Source: a candidate division FCPU426 bacterium (lineage in GTDB: Bacteria; Oederibacteriota; PGYV01; Palsa-1178). Taken from it: a stretch of DNA of 64,000 nt. Position 1 is the first letter of the stretch. The number at the start of each line of letters is the position of its first letter. The notes below the pieces were generated by a model. The model was not told the origin of the DNA. It was given only the letters and a program-made list of their open reading frames with translations, and searched no databases. A program made the translations under genes and the position numbers. The stretch covers positions 384,001 through 448,000 of the forward strand of contig CAWIXE010000003.1 in assembly GCA_963840035.1 (NCBI GenBank), written 5' to 3'. Positions 31,701 to 44,663 of the stretch are shown in pieces.

Positions 31701-34700
31701 AGTAACACAGACAGTAACACAGACAGTGACACAAACAGTAACACAAACCGTTACTCAGACAGTAACTGAAACAGTGACACAGACCGTCACACAGACTGTA
31801 ACTGAGACAGTAACACAAACAGTAACGCAAACTGTAACAGAAACTATAACCCAGACCGTAACGCAGACCGTAACGCAGACCGTAACACAGACCGTAACAC
31901 AGACCGTAACTAAAACAGTCACGCAGACTGTAACTGAAACCATAACGCAGACGGTAACGCAGACCGTAACGCAGACAATGACACAGACCGTGACGCAAAC
32001 GGTAACGCAGACAGTGACAGAGACGATAACACAGACAATGACACAGACCGTAACACAAACGGTAACGCAGACAGTGACAGAGACGATAACGCAGACAATG
32101 ACGCAGACCGTAACGCAAACGGTTACGCAGACAGTGACAGAAACGATAACGCAGACAATGACGCAGACCGTAACGCAAACGGTTACGCAGACAGTGACAG
32201 AAACGATAACGCAGACAATGACACAGACCGTAACGCAAACGGTGACGCAGACAGTGACAGAGACTATAACGCAGACAATGACGCAGACCGTAACGCAAAC
32301 GGCGACGCAGACAGTGACAGAGACGATAACGCAGACAATGACGCAAACCGTAACGCAAACGGTTACGCAGACAGTGACAGAGACGATAACGCAGACAATG
32401 ACACAGACCGTAACGCAAACGGTAACGCAGACAGTAACGCAGACAGTGACAGAGACGATAACGCAGACAATGACGCAAACCGTAACGCAAACGGTAACGC
32501 AGACAGTGACAGAAACTATAACGCAGACAATGACGCAAACCGTAACGCAAACGGTTACGCAGACAGTGACAGAAACGATAACGCAGACAATGACGCAGAC
32601 CGTAACACAAACGGCGACGCAGACAGTGACAGAGACTATAACGCAGACAATGACGCAGACCGTAACGCAAACGGTTACGCAGACAGTGACAGAGACGATA
32701 ACGCAGACAATGACACAGACCGTAACGCAAACGGTGACGCAGACAGTGACAGAGACTATAACGCAGACAATGACGCAGACCGTAACACAAACGGCGACGC
32801 AGACAGTGACAGAGACTATAACGCAGACAATGACGCAGACCGTAACGCAAACGGTTACGCAGACAGTGACAGAGACGATAACGCAGACAATGACGCAGAC
32901 CGTAACGCAAACGGTTACGCAGACAGTGACAGAGACGATAACGCAGACAATGACGCAGACCGTAACGCAAACGGTTACGCAGACAGTGACAGAGACGATA
33001 ACGCAGACAATGACGCAGACCGTAACGCAAACGGTTACGCAGACAGTGACAGAAACGATAACGCAGACAATGACACAGACCGTAACGCAAACGGTGACGC
33101 AGACAGTGACAGAGACTATAACGCAGACAATGACGCAGACCGTAACGCAGACAATAACTGAGACCGCTACGCAGACGGTGACCGAGACAGCAACACAGAC
33201 CGTGACGGAGACAATAACGCAGACCGTTACACAGACAGTAACACAAACAGTGACGCAGACCGTAACTCAAACCATAACTGAGACTGTGACCCAGACTATA
33301 ACAGAGACGATAACGCAAACCGTTACGCAGACAGTTACTCAGACTATTACTGAGACTGCAACACAGACTGTTACACAGACTGCGACTCAGACTGTCACAG
33401 AGACAATAACGCAGACCATTACTCAAACAGTAACCCAGACCATAACTGAAACAATTACACAGACAGTAACAGAGACGATTACTCAGACCGTGACGCAGAC
33501 AGCAACACAGACTGTTACTGAGACTGTCACGCAGACAATTACAGAAACGATAACTCAGACAATCACCCAGACAGTAACAGAGACGATAACGCAGACCATT
33601 ACACAGACAGTAACAGAGACTGCAACGCAGACAGTAACGGAGACGATAACTCAGACCGTGACGCAGACGGTAACGCAGACTGTTACAGAGACTGCAACCC
33701 AGACAGTAACGGAGACGATAACTCAGACTGTAACACAGACGGTAACGCAGACTGTTACAGAGACGGCAACACAAACAATTACAGAAACTATAACGCAGAC
33801 CATGACACAAACGGTTACGCAGACTGTAACTGAGACTGCAACGCAGACTGTTACTGAGACAGCCACGCAAACAATCACGGAAACCATAACGCAGACCATG
33901 ACACAGACGGTAACCCAGACAGTGACAGAGACTGCAACGCAGACAGTAACAGAGACGATAACTCAGACCATAACTCAGACGGTAACGCAGACTGTTACTG
34001 AGACGGCAACGCAAACAATTACAGAAACTGCAACACAGACAGCGACTGAGACTGCGACCCAGACAGTAACAGAGACGATAACGCAGACCATGACACAGAC
34101 GGTAACCCAGACAGTGACTGAGACTGCAACGCAGACAGTAACAGAGACGATAACTCAGACCGTGACACAGACGGTAACTCAGACTGTTACTGAGACTGCT
34201 ACACAAACAATTACAGAAACGATGACTCAAACAATCACGCAAACAGTCACCCAGACTGTTACAGAGACGATAACACAGACAATTACACAGACAGTGACAG
34301 AAACTGCAACGCAGACAGTGACAGAGACTGCAACCCAGACTGTAACAGAGACTGCAACCCAGACAGTGACTGAGACCGCAACCCAGACTGTAACAGAAAC
34401 TGTGACTCAGACGGTAACTGAGACAATAACGCAAACCATTACACAGACAATTACGGAGACGATCACGCAGACTATAACAGAGACTGCAACGCAGACAGTA
34501 ACTGAAACCGCAACACAGACAGTGACAGAAACAGCAACCCAGACTGTCACTGAGACCGCTACTCAGTCAGTGACGGAAACAATAACTCAGACTGTTACGC
34601 AAACTGTAACGCAGACAGTAACAGAGACAGCTACACAGACAGCTACACAGACAGTAACAGAAACTGCAACGCAGACAGTGACTGAGACAGTGACACAGAC

Positions 34701-37700
34701 AATTACAGAAACGAATACACAGACAGTGACAGAGACTGCAACGCAGACAATAACTGAGACGATAACGCAGACGGTGACAGAAACAGCGACACAGACTGTG
34801 ACTCAGACGGTAACAGAAACGATAACCCAGACTATTACACAAACAGTAACACAGACGATTACGGAGACTATAACGCAGACGGTTACGGAGACTGCGACGC
34901 AGACAGTGACAGAGACTGCAACCCAGACAGTAACAGAAACAGTAACGCAGACAGTAACAGAGACGGTCACGCAGACGGTTACGGAGACAGTGACACAGAC
35001 TGTAACAGAGACTGCCACTGAAACTATAACGGAGACAATAACACAGACCATAACTCAGACAGTTACGCAGACAATTACGGAGACAGCGACACAGACTGTA
35101 ACGGAGACTGCGACGCAGACAGTGACAGAGACTGCAACCCAGACAGTAACAGAAACAGTAACGCAGACAGTAACAGAGACGATCACACAGACGGTTACGG
35201 AGACTGCGACGCAGACAGTGACAGAGACTGCAACCCAGACAGTAACAGAAACAGTAACGCAGACAGTTACAGAGACGATCACACAGACGGTTACGGAGAC
35301 TGCGACGCAGACAGTGACAGAGACTGCAACCCAGACAGTAACAGAAACAGTAACGCAGACAGTAACAGAGACGGTCACGCAGACGGTTACGGAGACAGCG
35401 ACACAGACAGTGACAGAGACTGCAACCCAGACAGTAACAGAAACAGTAACGCAGACAGTAACAGAGACGATCACACAGACGGTAACGGAGACTGCGACGC
35501 AGACAGTGACAGAGACTGCAACCCAGACAGTAACAGAAACAGTAACGCAGACAGTAACAGAGACGATTACGCAGACGGTTACGGAGACTGCGACCCAGAC
35601 AGTGACAGAGACTGCCACTGAAACTATAACGGAGACAATAACACAGACCATTACTCAGACAGTTACGCAGACAATTACGGAGACAGCGACACAGACTGTT
35701 ACGGAGACAGCGACACAGACAGTGACAGAGACTGCAACCCAGACAGTAACAGAAACAGTAACGCAGACAGTAACAGAGACGATCACACAGACGGTAACGG
35801 AGACTGCGACGCAGACAGTGACAGAGACTGCAACCCAGACAGTAACAGAAACAGTAACGCAGACAGTAACAGAGACGATTACGCAGACGGTTACGGAGAC
35901 TGCGACCCAGACAGTGACAGAGACTGCCACTGAAACTATAACGGAGACAATAACACAGACCATTACTCAGACAGTTACGCAGACAATTACGGAGACAGCG
36001 ACACAGACTGTAACGGAGACTGCGACGCAGACAGTGACAGAGACTGCAACCCAGACAGTAACAGAAACAGTAACGCAGACAGTAACAGAGACGATCACAC
36101 AGACGGTTACGGAGACTGCGACGCAGACAGTGACAGAGACTGCAACCCAGACAGTAACAGAAACAGTAACGCAGACAGTAACAGAGACGGTCACGCAGAC
36201 GGTTACGGAGACAGCGACACAGACAGTGACAGAGACTGCAACCCAGACAGTAACAGAAACAGTAACGCAGACAGTAACAGAGACGATCACACAGACTGTA
36301 ACGGAGACTGCGACGCAGACAGTGACAGAGACTGCAACCCAGACAGTAACAGAAACAGTAACGCAGACAGTTACAGAGACGATCACACAGACGGTTACGG
36401 AGACTGCGACGCAGACAGTGACAGAGACTGCAACTGAAACCATAACGGAAACAATGACGCAGACCATAACAGAGACAGTGACGCAGACGATAACAGAGAC
36501 AGCAACGCAAACAGTAACAGAGACTGCGACGCAGACAGTGACAGAGACTGCAACAGAAACCATAACGGAAACAGTGACGCAGACCATAACAGAGACGGTA
36601 ACGCAGACAGTTACAGAGACGATAACGCAAACAATAACAGAGACGATGACCCAAACAATTACTGAAACAGTGACCCAGACAGCAACAGAGACAGCAACGC
36701 AAACAATAACAGAGACGATGACCCAAACAATTACTGAAACAGTGACCCAGACAGCAACAGAGACGGCAACAGAGACAGTGACGCAGACGGTAACAGAGAC
36801 TGCGACGCAGACAGTGACAGAGACTGCAACAGAAACCATAACGGAAACAATTACGCAGACCATAACAGAGACGGTAACGCAGACAGTAACAGAGACGATA
36901 ACGCAGACGATTACAGAGACAGCAACGCAAACAATAACAGAGACGATGACCCAAACAATTACTGAAACAGTGACCCAGACAGCAACTGAGACAGCAACTG
37001 AGACTGCAACTGAAACTGCCACAGAGACTGCAACTGAGACTGCAACTGAAACAGCCACAGAGACTGCAACAGAGACTGCAACTGAGACTGCAACTGAAAC
37101 AGCCACAGAGACAGCAACTGAGACAGCAACTGAGACAGCAACTGAGACAGCAACTGAGACAGCAACTGAGACAGCAACTGAGACGGCAACTGAGACAGCA
37201 ACTGAGACAGCAACAGAGACGGCAACAGAGACGGCAACAGAGACCGTGACGCAGACGGCAACAGAGACTGCGACGCAGACGGTGACAGAGACTGCAACAG
37301 AAACCATAACGGAAACAATGACGCAGACCATAACAGAGACGGTAACGCAGACAGTTACAGAGACGATAACGCAAACAATAACAGAGACGATGACCCAAAC
37401 AATTACTGAAACAGTGACCCAGACAGCAACAGAGACGGCAACAGAGACAGTGACGCAGACGGTAACAGAGACTGCGACGCAGACAGTGACAGAGACTGCA
37501 ACAGAAACCATAACGGAAACAATTACGCAGACCATAACAGAGACGGTAACGCAGACAGTAACAGAGACGATAACGCAGACAGTAACAGAGACGATAACGC
37601 AGACGATTACAGAGACAGCAACTGAGACTGCAACTGAAACAGCAACAGAGACTGCAACAGAAACAGCAACAGAAACAGCAACAGAAACAGCAACAGAAAC

Positions 37701-40700
37701 AGCAACTGAGACAGCAACTGAGACAGCAACTGAGACAGCAACAGAGACGGCAACAGAGACGGCAACAGAGACGGCAACAGAGACGGCAACAGAGACGGCA
37801 ACAGAAACGGCAACAGAGACAGTGACGCAGACGGTAACAGAGACTGCGACGCAGACAGTGACAGAAACTGCAACAGAAACCATAACGGAAACAATGACGC
37901 AGACCATAACAGAGACGGTAACGCAGACGATTACAGAGACAGCAACGCAAACAATAACAGAGACGATGACCCAAACAATTACTGAAACAGTGACCCAGAC
38001 GGCAACTGAGACGGCAACTGAGACGGCAACTGAGACGGCAACTGAGACGGCAACTGAGACGGCAACTGAGACGGCAACTGAGACGGCAACTGAGACGGCA
38101 ACTGAAACAGCTACAGAGACGGCAACAGAGACCGTGACGCAGACGGTGACAGAGACTGCAACAGAAACCATAACGGAAACAATGACGCAGACCATAACAG
38201 AGACGGTAACGCAGACAGTTACAGAGACGGTAACGCAGACGATTACAGAGACAGCAACGCAAACAATAACAGAGACGATGACCCAAACAATTACTGAAAC
38301 AGTGACCCAGACAGCAACTGAGACAGTAACTGAGACTGCAACTGAAACAGCCACAGAGACTGCAACAGAGACTGCAACTGAGACTGCAACTGAAACAGCC
38401 ACAGAGACTGCAACAGAGACTGCAACTGAGACTGCAACTGAGACTGCAACTGAGACTGCAACTGAGACTGCAACTGAAACAGCCACAGAGACAGCAACTG
38501 AGACAGCAACTGAGACAGCAACAGAGACAGCAACAGAGACGGCAACAGAGACGGCAACAGAGACGGCAACAGAGACCGTGACGCAGACGGCAACAGAGAC
38601 TGCGACGCAGACGGTGACAGAGACTGCAACAGAAACCATAACGGAAACAATGACGCAGACCATAACAGAGACGGTAACTCAGACAGTTACAGAGACGATA
38701 ACGCAGACGATTACAGAGACAGCAACGCAAACAATAACAGAGACGATGACCCAAACAATTACTGAAACAGTAACCCAGACAGCAACTGAGACTGCAACTG
38801 AAACAGCCACAGAGACTGCAACTGAAACAGCCACAGAGACAGCAACTGAGACTGCAACTGAGACAGCAACTGAGACAGCAACTGAGACTGCAACTGAGAC
38901 TGCAACTGAGACTGCAACTGAGACTGCAACTGAGACTGCAACTGAGACTGCAACTGAGACTGCAACTGAGACTGCAACTGAGACAGCAACTGAGACAGCC
39001 ACAGAGACTGCAACAGAGACAGCCACAGAGACAGCCACAGAGACAGCCACAGAGACAGCCACAGAGACAGCCACAGAGACTGCAACTGAGACTGCAACAG
39101 AGACTGCAACAGAGACTGCAACAGAGACTGCAACAGAGACTGCAACAGAGACTGCAACAGAGACTGCAACAGAGACAGCAACTGAGACAGCAACTGAGAC
39201 AGCAACTGAGACAGCAACTGAGACAGCAACTGAGACAGCAACTGAGACAGCAACTGAGACAGCAACTGAGACAGCAACTGAGACAGCAACTGAGACTGTT
39301 ACGGAGACAGCGACAGAGACTGTTACGGAAACAGCAACAGAGACTGCAACAGAAACCGCCACAGAGACTGCAACTGAGACTGCGACAGAGACAGCAACTG
39401 AGACAGCAACTGAGACTGCAACTGAGACTGCAACTGAGACTGCAACAGAAACAGCAACAGAAACAGCGACAGAAACAGCGACAGAAACAGCGACAGAAAC
39501 AGCGACAGAAACAGCGACTGAGACAGCGACAGAGACAGCAACTGAGACAGCAACAGAAACAGCAACAGAAACAGCAACAGAAACAGCAACAGAAACAGCA
39601 ACTGAGACAGAGACAGAGACTGTTACGGAGACAGCAACAGAAACAGCAACTGAGACAGCGACAGAGACTGCAACGGAAACAGCGACTGAGACTGCGACAG
39701 AGACAGCAACTGAGACTGCAACGGAGACAGCTACAGAAACCGCGACTGAGACAGTCACAGAGACTGTCACAGAGACAGCAACGGAAACAGTAACTGAGAC
39801 AGCAACTGAGACTGCTACAGAGACAGCAACGGAAACAGCAACGGAAACTGCAACTGAGACTGCAACTGAGACTGCAACTGAGACTGCAACTGAGACTGCA
39901 ACTGAGACTGCAACTGAGACTGCAACTGAGACTGCAACTGAGACTGCAACTGAGACTGCAACTGAGACTGCTACAGAGACTGCTACAGAGACTGCTACAG
40001 AGACAGCAACGGAAACAGCAACTGAGACAGTCACAGAGACTGCAACGGAGACAGCTACAGAAACCGCGACTGAGACAGTCACAGAGACTGCTACAGAAAC
40101 CGCGACTGAGACAGTCACAGAGACTGCAACGGAGACAGCTACAGAAACCGCGACTGAGACAGTCACAGAGACTGCTACGGAGACTGCTACAGAAACCGCG
40201 ACTGAGACAGTCACAGAGACAGCAACGGAAACAGCAACTGAGACAGCAACTGAGACAGCCACAGAGACAGCAACGGAAACAGCAACTGAGACAGCAACTG
40301 AGACTGCTACGGAGACTGCTACAGAAACCGCGACTGAGACAGTCACAGAGACTGCAACGGAGACAGCTACAGAAACCGCGACTGAGACAGTCACAGAGAC
40401 TGCAACGGAGACAGCCACAGAAACCGCGACTGAAACAGTAACAGAAACTGCCACGGAAACCGTAACAGAGACTGCGACTGAGACTGTGTCTGAGACTGTT
40501 ACTGAAACTGCGACAGAGACAGTCTCTGAAACTATAACGGAAACCGCTACTGAAACGGCTTCTGAAACAGTGACTGAGACGGTGACTGAAACACCTACAT
40601 TTACTGCAACAGAAACTGTTACTGAAACTGTGACAGAGACTGCGACAGAAACAGCTACAGAGACTTCCACGGAAACAGCAACTGAAACAGCCACAGAGAC

Positions 40701-42015
40701 TGCTACAGAAACTGCGACTGAAACAGTGACGGAGACAGCCACAGAGACGGCCACAGAGACTGCCACGGAAACAGCGACTGAAACAGTAACTGAGACTGTC
40801 ACTGAAACACCTTCGGATACGGAAACAGCCAGCGCTACGGCCACACCGACCATAACGACTTCAGTATCGGCAACCAGCACTTATACAACTACCTCGTCAG
40901 CAACTAAAACCGGGACACCTACAGGCACGTCCACTGTGACCGCGACCGGAACTTTCACAAACACCAATACACCGCCGGCTACGCCTACATTTACATCAAC
41001 ACCGACATTGACCGGAACACCGTCACTTACTATGACTTCCACATGGACTAATACGGAATCTCCTACTGCTTCGCCCACAAGCAGCGTTTCGCCGACGACA
41101 TCGCCGACGCCCGAATACTACATGAAAATAGCTGTATATAACTCCGCGGGCGAGCAGGTAAAAGAGATAATTACGTCAGGCGCTTATTCCATACCGGATT
41201 CATTCAACCTGGACAAGACTACGTTCAGCCCGGATGACGGAAGCGTGGCGCAGATAAGCGTTGACCAGACGGTCGTTAGCTGGGACGGCAAGAACCAGCA
41301 GGGCAAGAATGTTGAGAACGGAATATATTACGTTAAGGTTTCCATAGTTGACGATTACGGGTTCAGCCATACGCTGATAAAGGAAGTTACTGTGTTGACA
41401 AACGGCATTATGGCCGAACTCAGGATATATAACAGCGCCGGTGAAGTCGTAAAGAGGATAGATATTGAAGGGCTTACACTCACAGGTTCCACCGTGCTTG
41501 ATGTAAATCCGAAAGCGCCTGGCGCCTTCTCGCCGGGTGACGGGGATTCAGGTGCAGCAGAAGCCATATTTACATACATGGGCCATGACATAGCATGGGA
41601 CGGCACAAATGACGGCGGAAAGATTGTCGGGAACGGCGTGTACAGGGCTGTGGTTGTCAGGACGGATAATAAAGGCTACACATCAGTCGCTGAAAATTAC
41701 CTCACCGTGCTGCATGGCAATTATGAAGTGGTCGCGAACATAAGGATAATACCTAACCCGATAGACATGAGAAAGACATCGGTAATAACCATAAAGTATG
41801 ACGCCATGAACGGGGCCGTGGTTGTCGCGAAAATATACAACCTTGCAGGAGAACTCATCAGGGAGCTCAAACCGTTTAATGGCGCGAATGAGATAGTCTG
41901 GGATATAAAGTATGATGCTACAATTTCCCAGGGGCTTTACGTGGCGGTTATTCACGCTGAAACACCGCAGGGCATGAGAAAGACGGTCGTGGCAAAGTTC
42001 ACAATAATAAAGTAA
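25750..42015 (+). CDS. Giant (5,421 aa) secreted Thr-rich surface protein: head domain, ConA/DUF1349-like domain, three isolated hairpin motifs, (T-X)n stalk, two FlgD-Ig-like domains, T9SS-type C-terminal domain
   Basis: Uninterrupted 16.3-kb ORF with AGGAG RBS and signal peptide; [38 protein letters not shown] and [31 protein letters not shown]. Confidence 0.9.
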   Translation: MNTNRLTAVKSGIMLFVLLFLMLFHGSALFGATLVSFTSNPSPACGAAGQTISLTTVAISGTYTTISYTIMFSADTTAGNAGDVYVVGTNCANGNAALGTENAPAVNITKVDTVTIPAGTFNYIIVTLTDNNGNGCSNKGQIAFTTACGPTNTTTVSPTITPTPTPTRIFISNTGYADGKASNSVSVEILLVAGPPTNTPSITPTYTITQTVTPTVTRTITPTITLTATDTFTRTITQTITQTSTQTVTQTTTPVFSLTMTMTVTQTATQTVTRTITQTITQTITQTITQTITQTITETVTRTISPTWTNSPDNSMTFTPTATPTSFPACIFSDYFNNASFDASIWNTANVGAGSNGSQAESGNLTITAQGGDIAGTADSFYYIYQKTSSANLDIRFRVTAIGSQWNSRVGIMIRESTAANSAFASININNNSHDDISQQRASTGAGVSSSDHYNGGNYLRMVKTGNQIITYDSPDGITWNIQQTYNFASFASDYTVGIVATSNTGSNNTFSGQDFHVQTGACGTPTFTATPTNSNTYTVTYTRTNTPTITVTYSSTYTRTITPSITPTFTITPRTIGNIANTRFGQSNNVLVAVFTPTGAIATNTFTATRTSTPTGTPTATRTYTASVTPTGVQNVGNWDYGQSNFVGLIIVTPTFTATITVSPTVTPSFTFTYTITRTPTFTVTQSVTVNNTNTVTVTGTPSVTQTLTPTYTTTVTQTVTPTITQTMTQSVTRTITITVTQSVTQTVTTTISQTVTQTLTQTVTQTVSQTVTQTVSQTVTQTVTPTTSPTYTRTITLTATQTVTQTMTQTVTQTLTQTVTTTITQTVTQTATQTITQTATQTATQTVTQTATQSITPTTSPTFTQTVTQTVTQTVTQTVTQTVTQTLTQTVTQTVTQTVTQTLTQTITQTVTQTLTQTITQTVTQTLTQTVTQTVTQTLTQTVTQTLTQTVTQTVTQTLTQTVTQTLTQTVTQTVTQTVSQTVTQTLTQTVTQTVTQTVTQTVTQTVTQTVTQTVTQTLTQTITQTLTQTVTQTVTQTVTQTLTQTVTQTVTQTVTQTLTQTITQTVTQTLTQTVTQTVTQTLTQTVTQTLTQTVTQTVTQTLTQTVTQTLTQTVTQTVTQTVSQTVTQTLTQTVTQTVTQTVTQTVTQTVTQTVTQTVTQTLTQTITQTLTQTVTQTVTQTVTQTVSQTVTQTLTQTVTQTVTQTVTQTVTQTVTQTVTQTLTQTVTQTVTQTVTQTVSQTITQTLTQTVTQTVTQTVTQTVSQTVTQTLTQTVTQTVTQTVTQTVTQTVTQTLTQTVTQTVTQTVSQTVTQTLTQTVTQTVTQTVTQTVTQTITQTITQTITQTITQTITQTITQTVTETVTQTVTQTITQTVSQTVTQTLTQTVTQTVTQTVSQTVTQTVTQTLTQTVTQTVTQTITQTVTQTVSQTVTQTVTQTVTQTVTQTITQTLTQTVTQTVTQTVTQTVSQTVTQTVTQTVTQTVTQTVTQTLTQTVTQTVSQTVTQTLTQTVTQTITQTVTETVTQTQTQTVTQTVTQTITQTVTQTVSQTVTQTVTQTVSQTVTQTVTQTVTQTVTQTVTQTVTQTVTQTVTQTVTQTVTQTVTETVTQTVTQTVTRTVTETVTQTMTQTVTQTITQTVTQTLTQTVTETVTQTVTQTVTQTVTQTVTQTVTQTVTQTVTQTVTQTVTETVTQTVTRTVTETVTQTMTQTVTQTVTQTVTQTVTQTVSQTVTQTITQTVTETVTQTLTQTVTQTVTQTVTQTVTQTVTETVTQTVTRTVTETVTQTMTQTVTQTVTQTVTQTVTQTVTQTVTQTVTQTVTQTVTQTVTQTVTQTVTQTVTQTVSQTVTQTITQTVTETVTQTLTQTVTQTVTQTVTQTVTQTVTQTVTQTVTQTVTQTVTQTVTQTVTQTVTQTVTQTVTQTVTETVTQTVTRTVTQTVTETVTQTVTQTVTQTVTQTVTQTVTQTITLTVTQTVTQTVTQTVTQTVTQTVTQTVTQTVTQTVTETVTQTVTQTVTETVTQTVTQTVTETITQTVTQTVTQTVTQTVTQTVTKTVTQTVTETITQTVTQTVTQTMTQTVTQTVTQTVTETITQTMTQTVTQTVTQTVTETITQTMTQTVTQTVTQTVTETITQTMTQTVTQTVTQTVTETITQTMTQTVTQTVTQTVTETITQTMTQTVTQTATQTVTETITQTMTQTVTQTVTQTVTETITQTMTQTVTQTVTQTVTQTVTETITQTMTQTVTQTVTQTVTETITQTMTQTVTQTVTQTVTETITQTMTQTVTQTATQTVTETITQTMTQTVTQTVTQTVTETITQTMTQTVTQTVTQTVTETITQTMTQTVTQTATQTVTETITQTMTQTVTQTVTQTVTETITQTMTQTVTQTVTQTVTETITQTMTQTVTQTVTQTVTETITQTMTQTVTQTVTQTVTETITQTMTQTVTQTVTQTVTETITQTMTQTVTQTITETATQTVTETATQTVTETITQTVTQTVTQTVTQTVTQTITETVTQTITETITQTVTQTVTQTITETATQTVTQTATQTVTETITQTITQTVTQTITETITQTVTETITQTVTQTATQTVTETVTQTITETITQTITQTVTETITQTITQTVTETATQTVTETITQTVTQTVTQTVTETATQTVTETITQTVTQTVTQTVTETATQTITETITQTMTQTVTQTVTETATQTVTETATQTITETITQTMTQTVTQTVTETATQTVTETITQTITQTVTQTVTETATQTITETATQTATETATQTVTETITQTMTQTVTQTVTETATQTVTETITQTVTQTVTQTVTETATQTITETMTQTITQTVTQTVTETITQTITQTVTETATQTVTETATQTVTETATQTVTETATQTVTETVTQTVTETITQTITQTITETITQTITETATQTVTETATQTVTETATQTVTETATQSVTETITQTVTQTVTQTVTETATQTATQTVTETATQTVTETVTQTITETNTQTVTETATQTITETITQTVTETATQTVTQTVTETITQTITQTVTQTITETITQTVTETATQTVTETATQTVTETVTQTVTETVTQTVTETVTQTVTETATETITETITQTITQTVTQTITETATQTVTETATQTVTETATQTVTETVTQTVTETITQTVTETATQTVTETATQTVTETVTQTVTETITQTVTETATQTVTETATQTVTETVTQTVTETVTQTVTETATQTVTETATQTVTETVTQTVTETITQTVTETATQTVTETATQTVTETVTQTVTETITQTVTETATQTVTETATETITETITQTITQTVTQTITETATQTVTETATQTVTETATQTVTETVTQTVTETITQTVTETATQTVTETATQTVTETVTQTVTETITQTVTETATQTVTETATETITETITQTITQTVTQTITETATQTVTETATQTVTETATQTVTETVTQTVTETITQTVTETATQTVTETATQTVTETVTQTVTETVTQTVTETATQTVTETATQTVTETVTQTVTETITQTVTETATQTVTETATQTVTETVTQTVTETITQTVTETATQTVTETATETITETMTQTITETVTQTITETATQTVTETATQTVTETATETITETVTQTITETVTQTVTETITQTITETMTQTITETVTQTATETATQTITETMTQTITETVTQTATETATETVTQTVTETATQTVTETATETITETITQTITETVTQTVTETITQTITETATQTITETMTQTITETVTQTATETATETATETATETATETATETATETATETATETATETATETATETATETATETATETATETATETATETATETATETATETATETVTQTATETATQTVTETATETITETMTQTITETVTQTVTETITQTITETMTQTITETVTQTATETATETVTQTVTETATQTVTETATETITETITQTITETVTQTVTETITQTVTETITQTITETATETATETATETATETATETATETATETATETATETATETATETATETATETATETATETATETATETVTQTVTETATQTVTETATETITETMTQTITETVTQTITETATQTITETMTQTITETVTQTATETATETATETATETATETATETATETATETATETATETATETVTQTVTETATETITETMTQTITETVTQTVTETVTQTITETATQTITETMTQTITETVTQTATETVTETATETATETATETATETATETATETATETATETATETATETATETATETATETATETATETATETATETATETATETATETVTQTATETATQTVTETATETITETMTQTITETVTQTVTETITQTITETATQTITETMTQTITETVTQTATETATETATETATETATETATETATETATETATETATETATETATETATETATETATETATETATETATETATETATETATETATETATETATETATETATETATETATETATETATETATETATETATETATETATETATETATETATETATETATETATETATETATETVTETATETVTETATETATETATETATETATETATETATETATETATETATETATETATETATETATETATETATETATETATETATETATETATETATETATETETETVTETATETATETATETATETATETATETATETATETATETATETVTETVTETATETVTETATETATETATETATETATETATETATETATETATETATETATETATETATETATETATETATETATETATETATETVTETATETATETATETVTETATETATETVTETATETATETATETVTETATETATETATETVTETATETATETATETATETATETATETATETATETATETATETVTETATETATETATETVTETATETATETATETVTETATETVTETATETVSETVTETATETVSETITETATETASETVTETVTETPTFTATETVTETVTETATETATETSTETATETATETATETATETVTETATETATETATETATETVTETVTETPSDTETASATATPTITTSVSATSTYTTTSSATKTGTPTGTSTVTATGTFTNTNTPPATPTFTSTPTLTGTPSLTMTSTWTNTESPTASPTSSVSPTTSPTPEYYMKIAVYNSAGEQVKEIITSGAYSIPDSFNLDKTTFSPDDGSVAQISVDQTVVSWDGKNQQGKNVENGIYYVKVSIVDDYGFSHTLIKEVTVLTNGIMAELRIYNSAGEVVKRIDIEGLTLTGSTVLDVNPKAPGAFSPGDGDSGAAEAIFTYMGHDIAWDGTNDGGKIVGNGVYRAVVVRTDNKGYTSVAENYLTVLHGNYEVVANIRIIPNPIDMRKTSVITIKYDAMNGAVVVAKIYNLAGELIRELKPFNGANEIVWDIKYDATISQGLYVAVIHAETPQGMRKTVVAKFTIIK
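27880..40800 (+). repeat. ~13-kb coding tandem repeat of 12-bp units (T-Q/E-T-V/I/L/M/A/S) with higher-order duplications
   Basis: ACN-CAR/GAR-ACN-NNN periodicity; 60-bp units at ~31981-33130; 432-bp offset duplication (28501 vs 28933). Confidence 0.97.
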
Positions 42016-42025
42016 TTTTTAAATA

Positions 42026-42061
42026 ACAAAGGGCACGGGCTTAAACCGTGCTCTTTGTATT
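42026..42061 (+). terminator. Intrinsic terminator after the giant gene
   Basis: ACAAAGGGCACGG-GCTTAAA-CCGTGCTCTTTGT. Confidence 0.7.
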
Positions 42062-42083
42062 TCCACGGGATGAGCGGAGAAAA

Positions 42084-43538
42084 ATGAAGATACTGACCGA
42101 AGGCTTTGAAAGGTATTTGCGGGATGAGTCCAATACGGAAAGCAGCGGAATAGACGCTGTGTACATTCCTGAAGGCTCCTCGGAGATTGAAGAACTTCTA
42201 AGAAAAAACGGCCGGTTTACTTTATATGCCGGAGGCACGGGCATAGCCGGTGGGGCTACATCGGACGGCGGAAGCATAATTTCCACTGAAAATCTGAAAT
42301 TTCTTCAAATAGACAGCCATTTAATGCAGGTAACAGCGGGCGCAGGCGTGCTGCTAAAGGATCTCAACGCGGAACTGGCCAAAAACGGCTTATGGTATCC
42401 TGTGGATTCCACCGAGCAGACAGCCACAGTAGGGGGCAATGCCGCGACAAACGCGTGGGGAGCCAGGAGTTACGGTTATGGCAGTATCAGAAACTTTATT
42501 AACGCGGTGCATATTATCGTACCCGGCCAGCCGCAGGTAAGGATATCCAGGGACTGCGCCGAAGCAAACGGGCTTGAATTGCCATGGAAGGTTAACATGT
42601 CAGGCGGACATGGGCTTATACTTCCCGGCGCCGGGGGTAAGAACGTATTGATGGAGGATACGGCAGCGAGGCTACCTTATAAGAATAACGCCGGTTACTT
42701 TATGAAAAAAGATATGGATTTTGTGGATATTCTGATTGGAAGCGAAGGCACGCTTGGGGTCATAACTATGGTGGAGCTTGAAGTCAAAAAAATGCCTTAT
42801 GAAATATGCGTTTTTATGATGTTTTTCAACAATCTGGATGCGGCTTTTAATCTGGTAAAAAATGTAAAGGCGGGCAGCCATAAATATCAGCCGTGTTCGC
42901 TTGAAATCATGGATGGCGAATCTTTAAAACTGCTCAGGGAAAAAGGAAAGAATATAGGGCAGGCTGGCGCTGCGGTTTTTATGGAGTATGAGGCTGGCAG
43001 CGAAAAAGAAGAAATGGAAATAAATGACGCGGTATATGCAATAGCCTCAGGAGCGGGGATTGATCCTGATGACGTTATGGTTTCCAGCACAAAAGAAAAG
43101 AAAAATTATATATATGATATCCGGGAGTCCCTGCCACAGGCGGTAAATGAGCATATACGGGCGAGGAGCCTTCGCAAAGTGTCCACTGATTTTGCCGTAA
43201 ATGACGATAAGTTTGACTCTATGACAGACCTTTACAGGGTTTTCAGGGAAAAATCGGCCATGCGGAGCGTCATGTTCGGGCACGCAGGGGATAATAACCT
43301 GCACATCAACTTTCTTCCTGAAAATCCGGCGGAATATGAAAAAGCGCGTGAACTTTATGATGAAATGGCGGCGGCAATAGGCTTAATGGGCGGGACCGTG
43401 GCAGCGGAGCACGGCGTCGGTAAAATGAAAAAGGCATACTTAAAATACATGTATAAAGAATCAACCATGGATGTTATGAGGAATATTAAAAAGGCCTTTG
43501 ACCCGGATAATAAGCTTAATAGGGGAAACATACTATAA
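42084..43538 (+). CDS. FAD-binding oxidoreductase (GlcD/D-lactate dehydrogenase family)
   Basis: GGTGIAGGA, ATVGGNAATNA.G, IGSEGTLGVIT, GHAGDNNLH, AEHGVG, FDP.N.LN. Confidence 0.9.
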   Translation: MKILTEGFERYLRDESNTESSGIDAVYIPEGSSEIEELLRKNGRFTLYAGGTGIAGGATSDGGSIISTENLKFLQIDSHLMQVTAGAGVLLKDLNAELAKNGLWYPVDSTEQTATVGGNAATNAWGARSYGYGSIRNFINAVHIIVPGQPQVRISRDCAEANGLELPWKVNMSGGHGLILPGAGGKNVLMEDTAARLPYKNNAGYFMKKDMDFVDILIGSEGTLGVITMVELEVKKMPYEICVFMMFFNNLDAAFNLVKNVKAGSHKYQPCSLEIMDGESLKLLREKGKNIGQAGAAVFMEYEAGSEKEEMEINDAVYAIASGAGIDPDDVMVSSTKEKKNYIYDIRESLPQAVNEHIRARSLRKVSTDFAVNDDKFDSMTDLYRVFREKSAMRSVMFGHAGDNNLHINFLPENPAEYEKARELYDEMAAAIGLMGGTVAAEHGVGKMKKAYLKYMYKESTMDVMRNIKKAFDPDNKLNRGNIL

Positions 43539-44650
43539 TGAAATGGATAAAAACCGGCTCACTTCAGGATGGCTCTGAATGCGCCATAGATGTTATTGAC
43601 CTCAAAGGCAATCCGCTTGTAAACAAAGGATCGACAGTAAGCGGCGCCGCGATTGAAAAGCTAAAATACGCCGCTATTCCATTTATCTATGTAAAAGACG
43701 CGGATACAATTGTGAGCAATGTGTATCCGATGAAAATAATTGCAGAAATGCTCCGTGTTCTTTATTATTTCAGCGCATCCGGCGGGGAAAACGCTGAAAT
43801 CCTTAAACGCTACAACTCTGATGAAGTCAGGCGGTTTCTCTCCTACTCAAATGACGCGGGCAGCAGGATAGCGTACGGGCACATTTTCAGTTTTTTCGCC
43901 GGTGAAATGTTGTCGGCCCTTAAAAAGGGCGAAAAGCAGTGCTATGACTTCAGGGATTACAGGGACAAGAGCACATATTACAGTTTCCACGCTGTAAATG
44001 CAGCCTGCATCAGCGCTGTCATGGCATATAATATGGGCCTTCCGGATAAGGACATAACAGACCTTATTACGGGCACACTTTTGTATGACATAAAAATGAT
44101 AATACATAAGTTTGTCAATGACAGCAGGGAACTTGTGGAAATTGAAAAGAACGAAATGCGGCAGCATCCGGCCGAAGGGTATGAGGCCATAAGAAGAATA
44201 TTCGGCCTGTCAGCCAGCGCCGCAGCCATAGCCCTGCAGCACCATGAAAGGATTGACGGCAGCGGCTATCCCAAAGGGTTAAAGGGCGGCGATATCAACC
44301 TTTTAAGCAGGATAGCGGCTATAGCTGACGTCTATGACGCGCTCACAAGCAACAGGCCTTTCAGGCCTGCGTATAAGCCTGATGAGGCGTGGGACTATAT
44401 GGTTTCAAATTCCGGGGTGTTATTTGATGAACAGGTTATGGAAGCGTTTAAGCAGTCGATCCCGAAGTATATGCCGGGGGACAGCGTTGAACTAAGCGAC
44501 GGCAGGAGTGCGGTAGTACTGAAAAACAGTCCCGGAAAGTTCAACAAGCCGGGGATAAATATAATTGAAAAAAACGGCAAAAGTGCTATAATCTCTTGCG
44601 GTGAAAAAACCGTTTTTTCAATCATTAAAACCCTGGACTCAGTCCGCTGA
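43538..44650 (+). CDS. HD-GYP domain protein (HD motif altered to YD)
   Basis: LLYDIK, HP..GY, QHHERIDGSGYPKGL, IADVYDALTS.RPFR. Confidence 0.88.
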   Translation: MKWIKTGSLQDGSECAIDVIDLKGNPLVNKGSTVSGAAIEKLKYAAIPFIYVKDADTIVSNVYPMKIIAEMLRVLYYFSASGGENAEILKRYNSDEVRRFLSYSNDAGSRIAYGHIFSFFAGEMLSALKKGEKQCYDFRDYRDKSTYYSFHAVNAACISAVMAYNMGLPDKDITDLITGTLLYDIKMIIHKFVNDSRELVEIEKNEMRQHPAEGYEAIRRIFGLSASAAAIALQHHERIDGSGYPKGLKGGDINLLSRIAAIADVYDALTSNRPFRPAYKPDEAWDYMVSNSGVLFDEQVMEAFKQSIPKYMPGDSVELSDGRSAVVLKNSPGKFNKPGINIIEKNGKSAIISCGEKTVFSIIKTLDSVR

Positions 44651-44663
44651 AGGAGTAACATAT

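Noticed and set aside
31981..33130. Regular 60-bp array resembling a CRISPR
   Set aside because: There are no unique spacers, the array is in frame within the giant CDS, and no cas genes are present.
27880..40800. Ice-nucleation or antifreeze protein (TxT motifs)
   Set aside because: It lacks the Gly/Ser/Tyr turn residues and 16-aa period of InaZ-type coils. Ice activity cannot be excluded but is unsupported.
28315..40880. Very long antisense ORFs (Cys/Leu/Arg-rich, VSVA- and VCVT-repeat frames, up to 1,395 aa)
   Set aside because: They are shadows of the 12-bp coding repeat, which lacks stops on the reverse strand. They have no RBS, signal peptide or domains.
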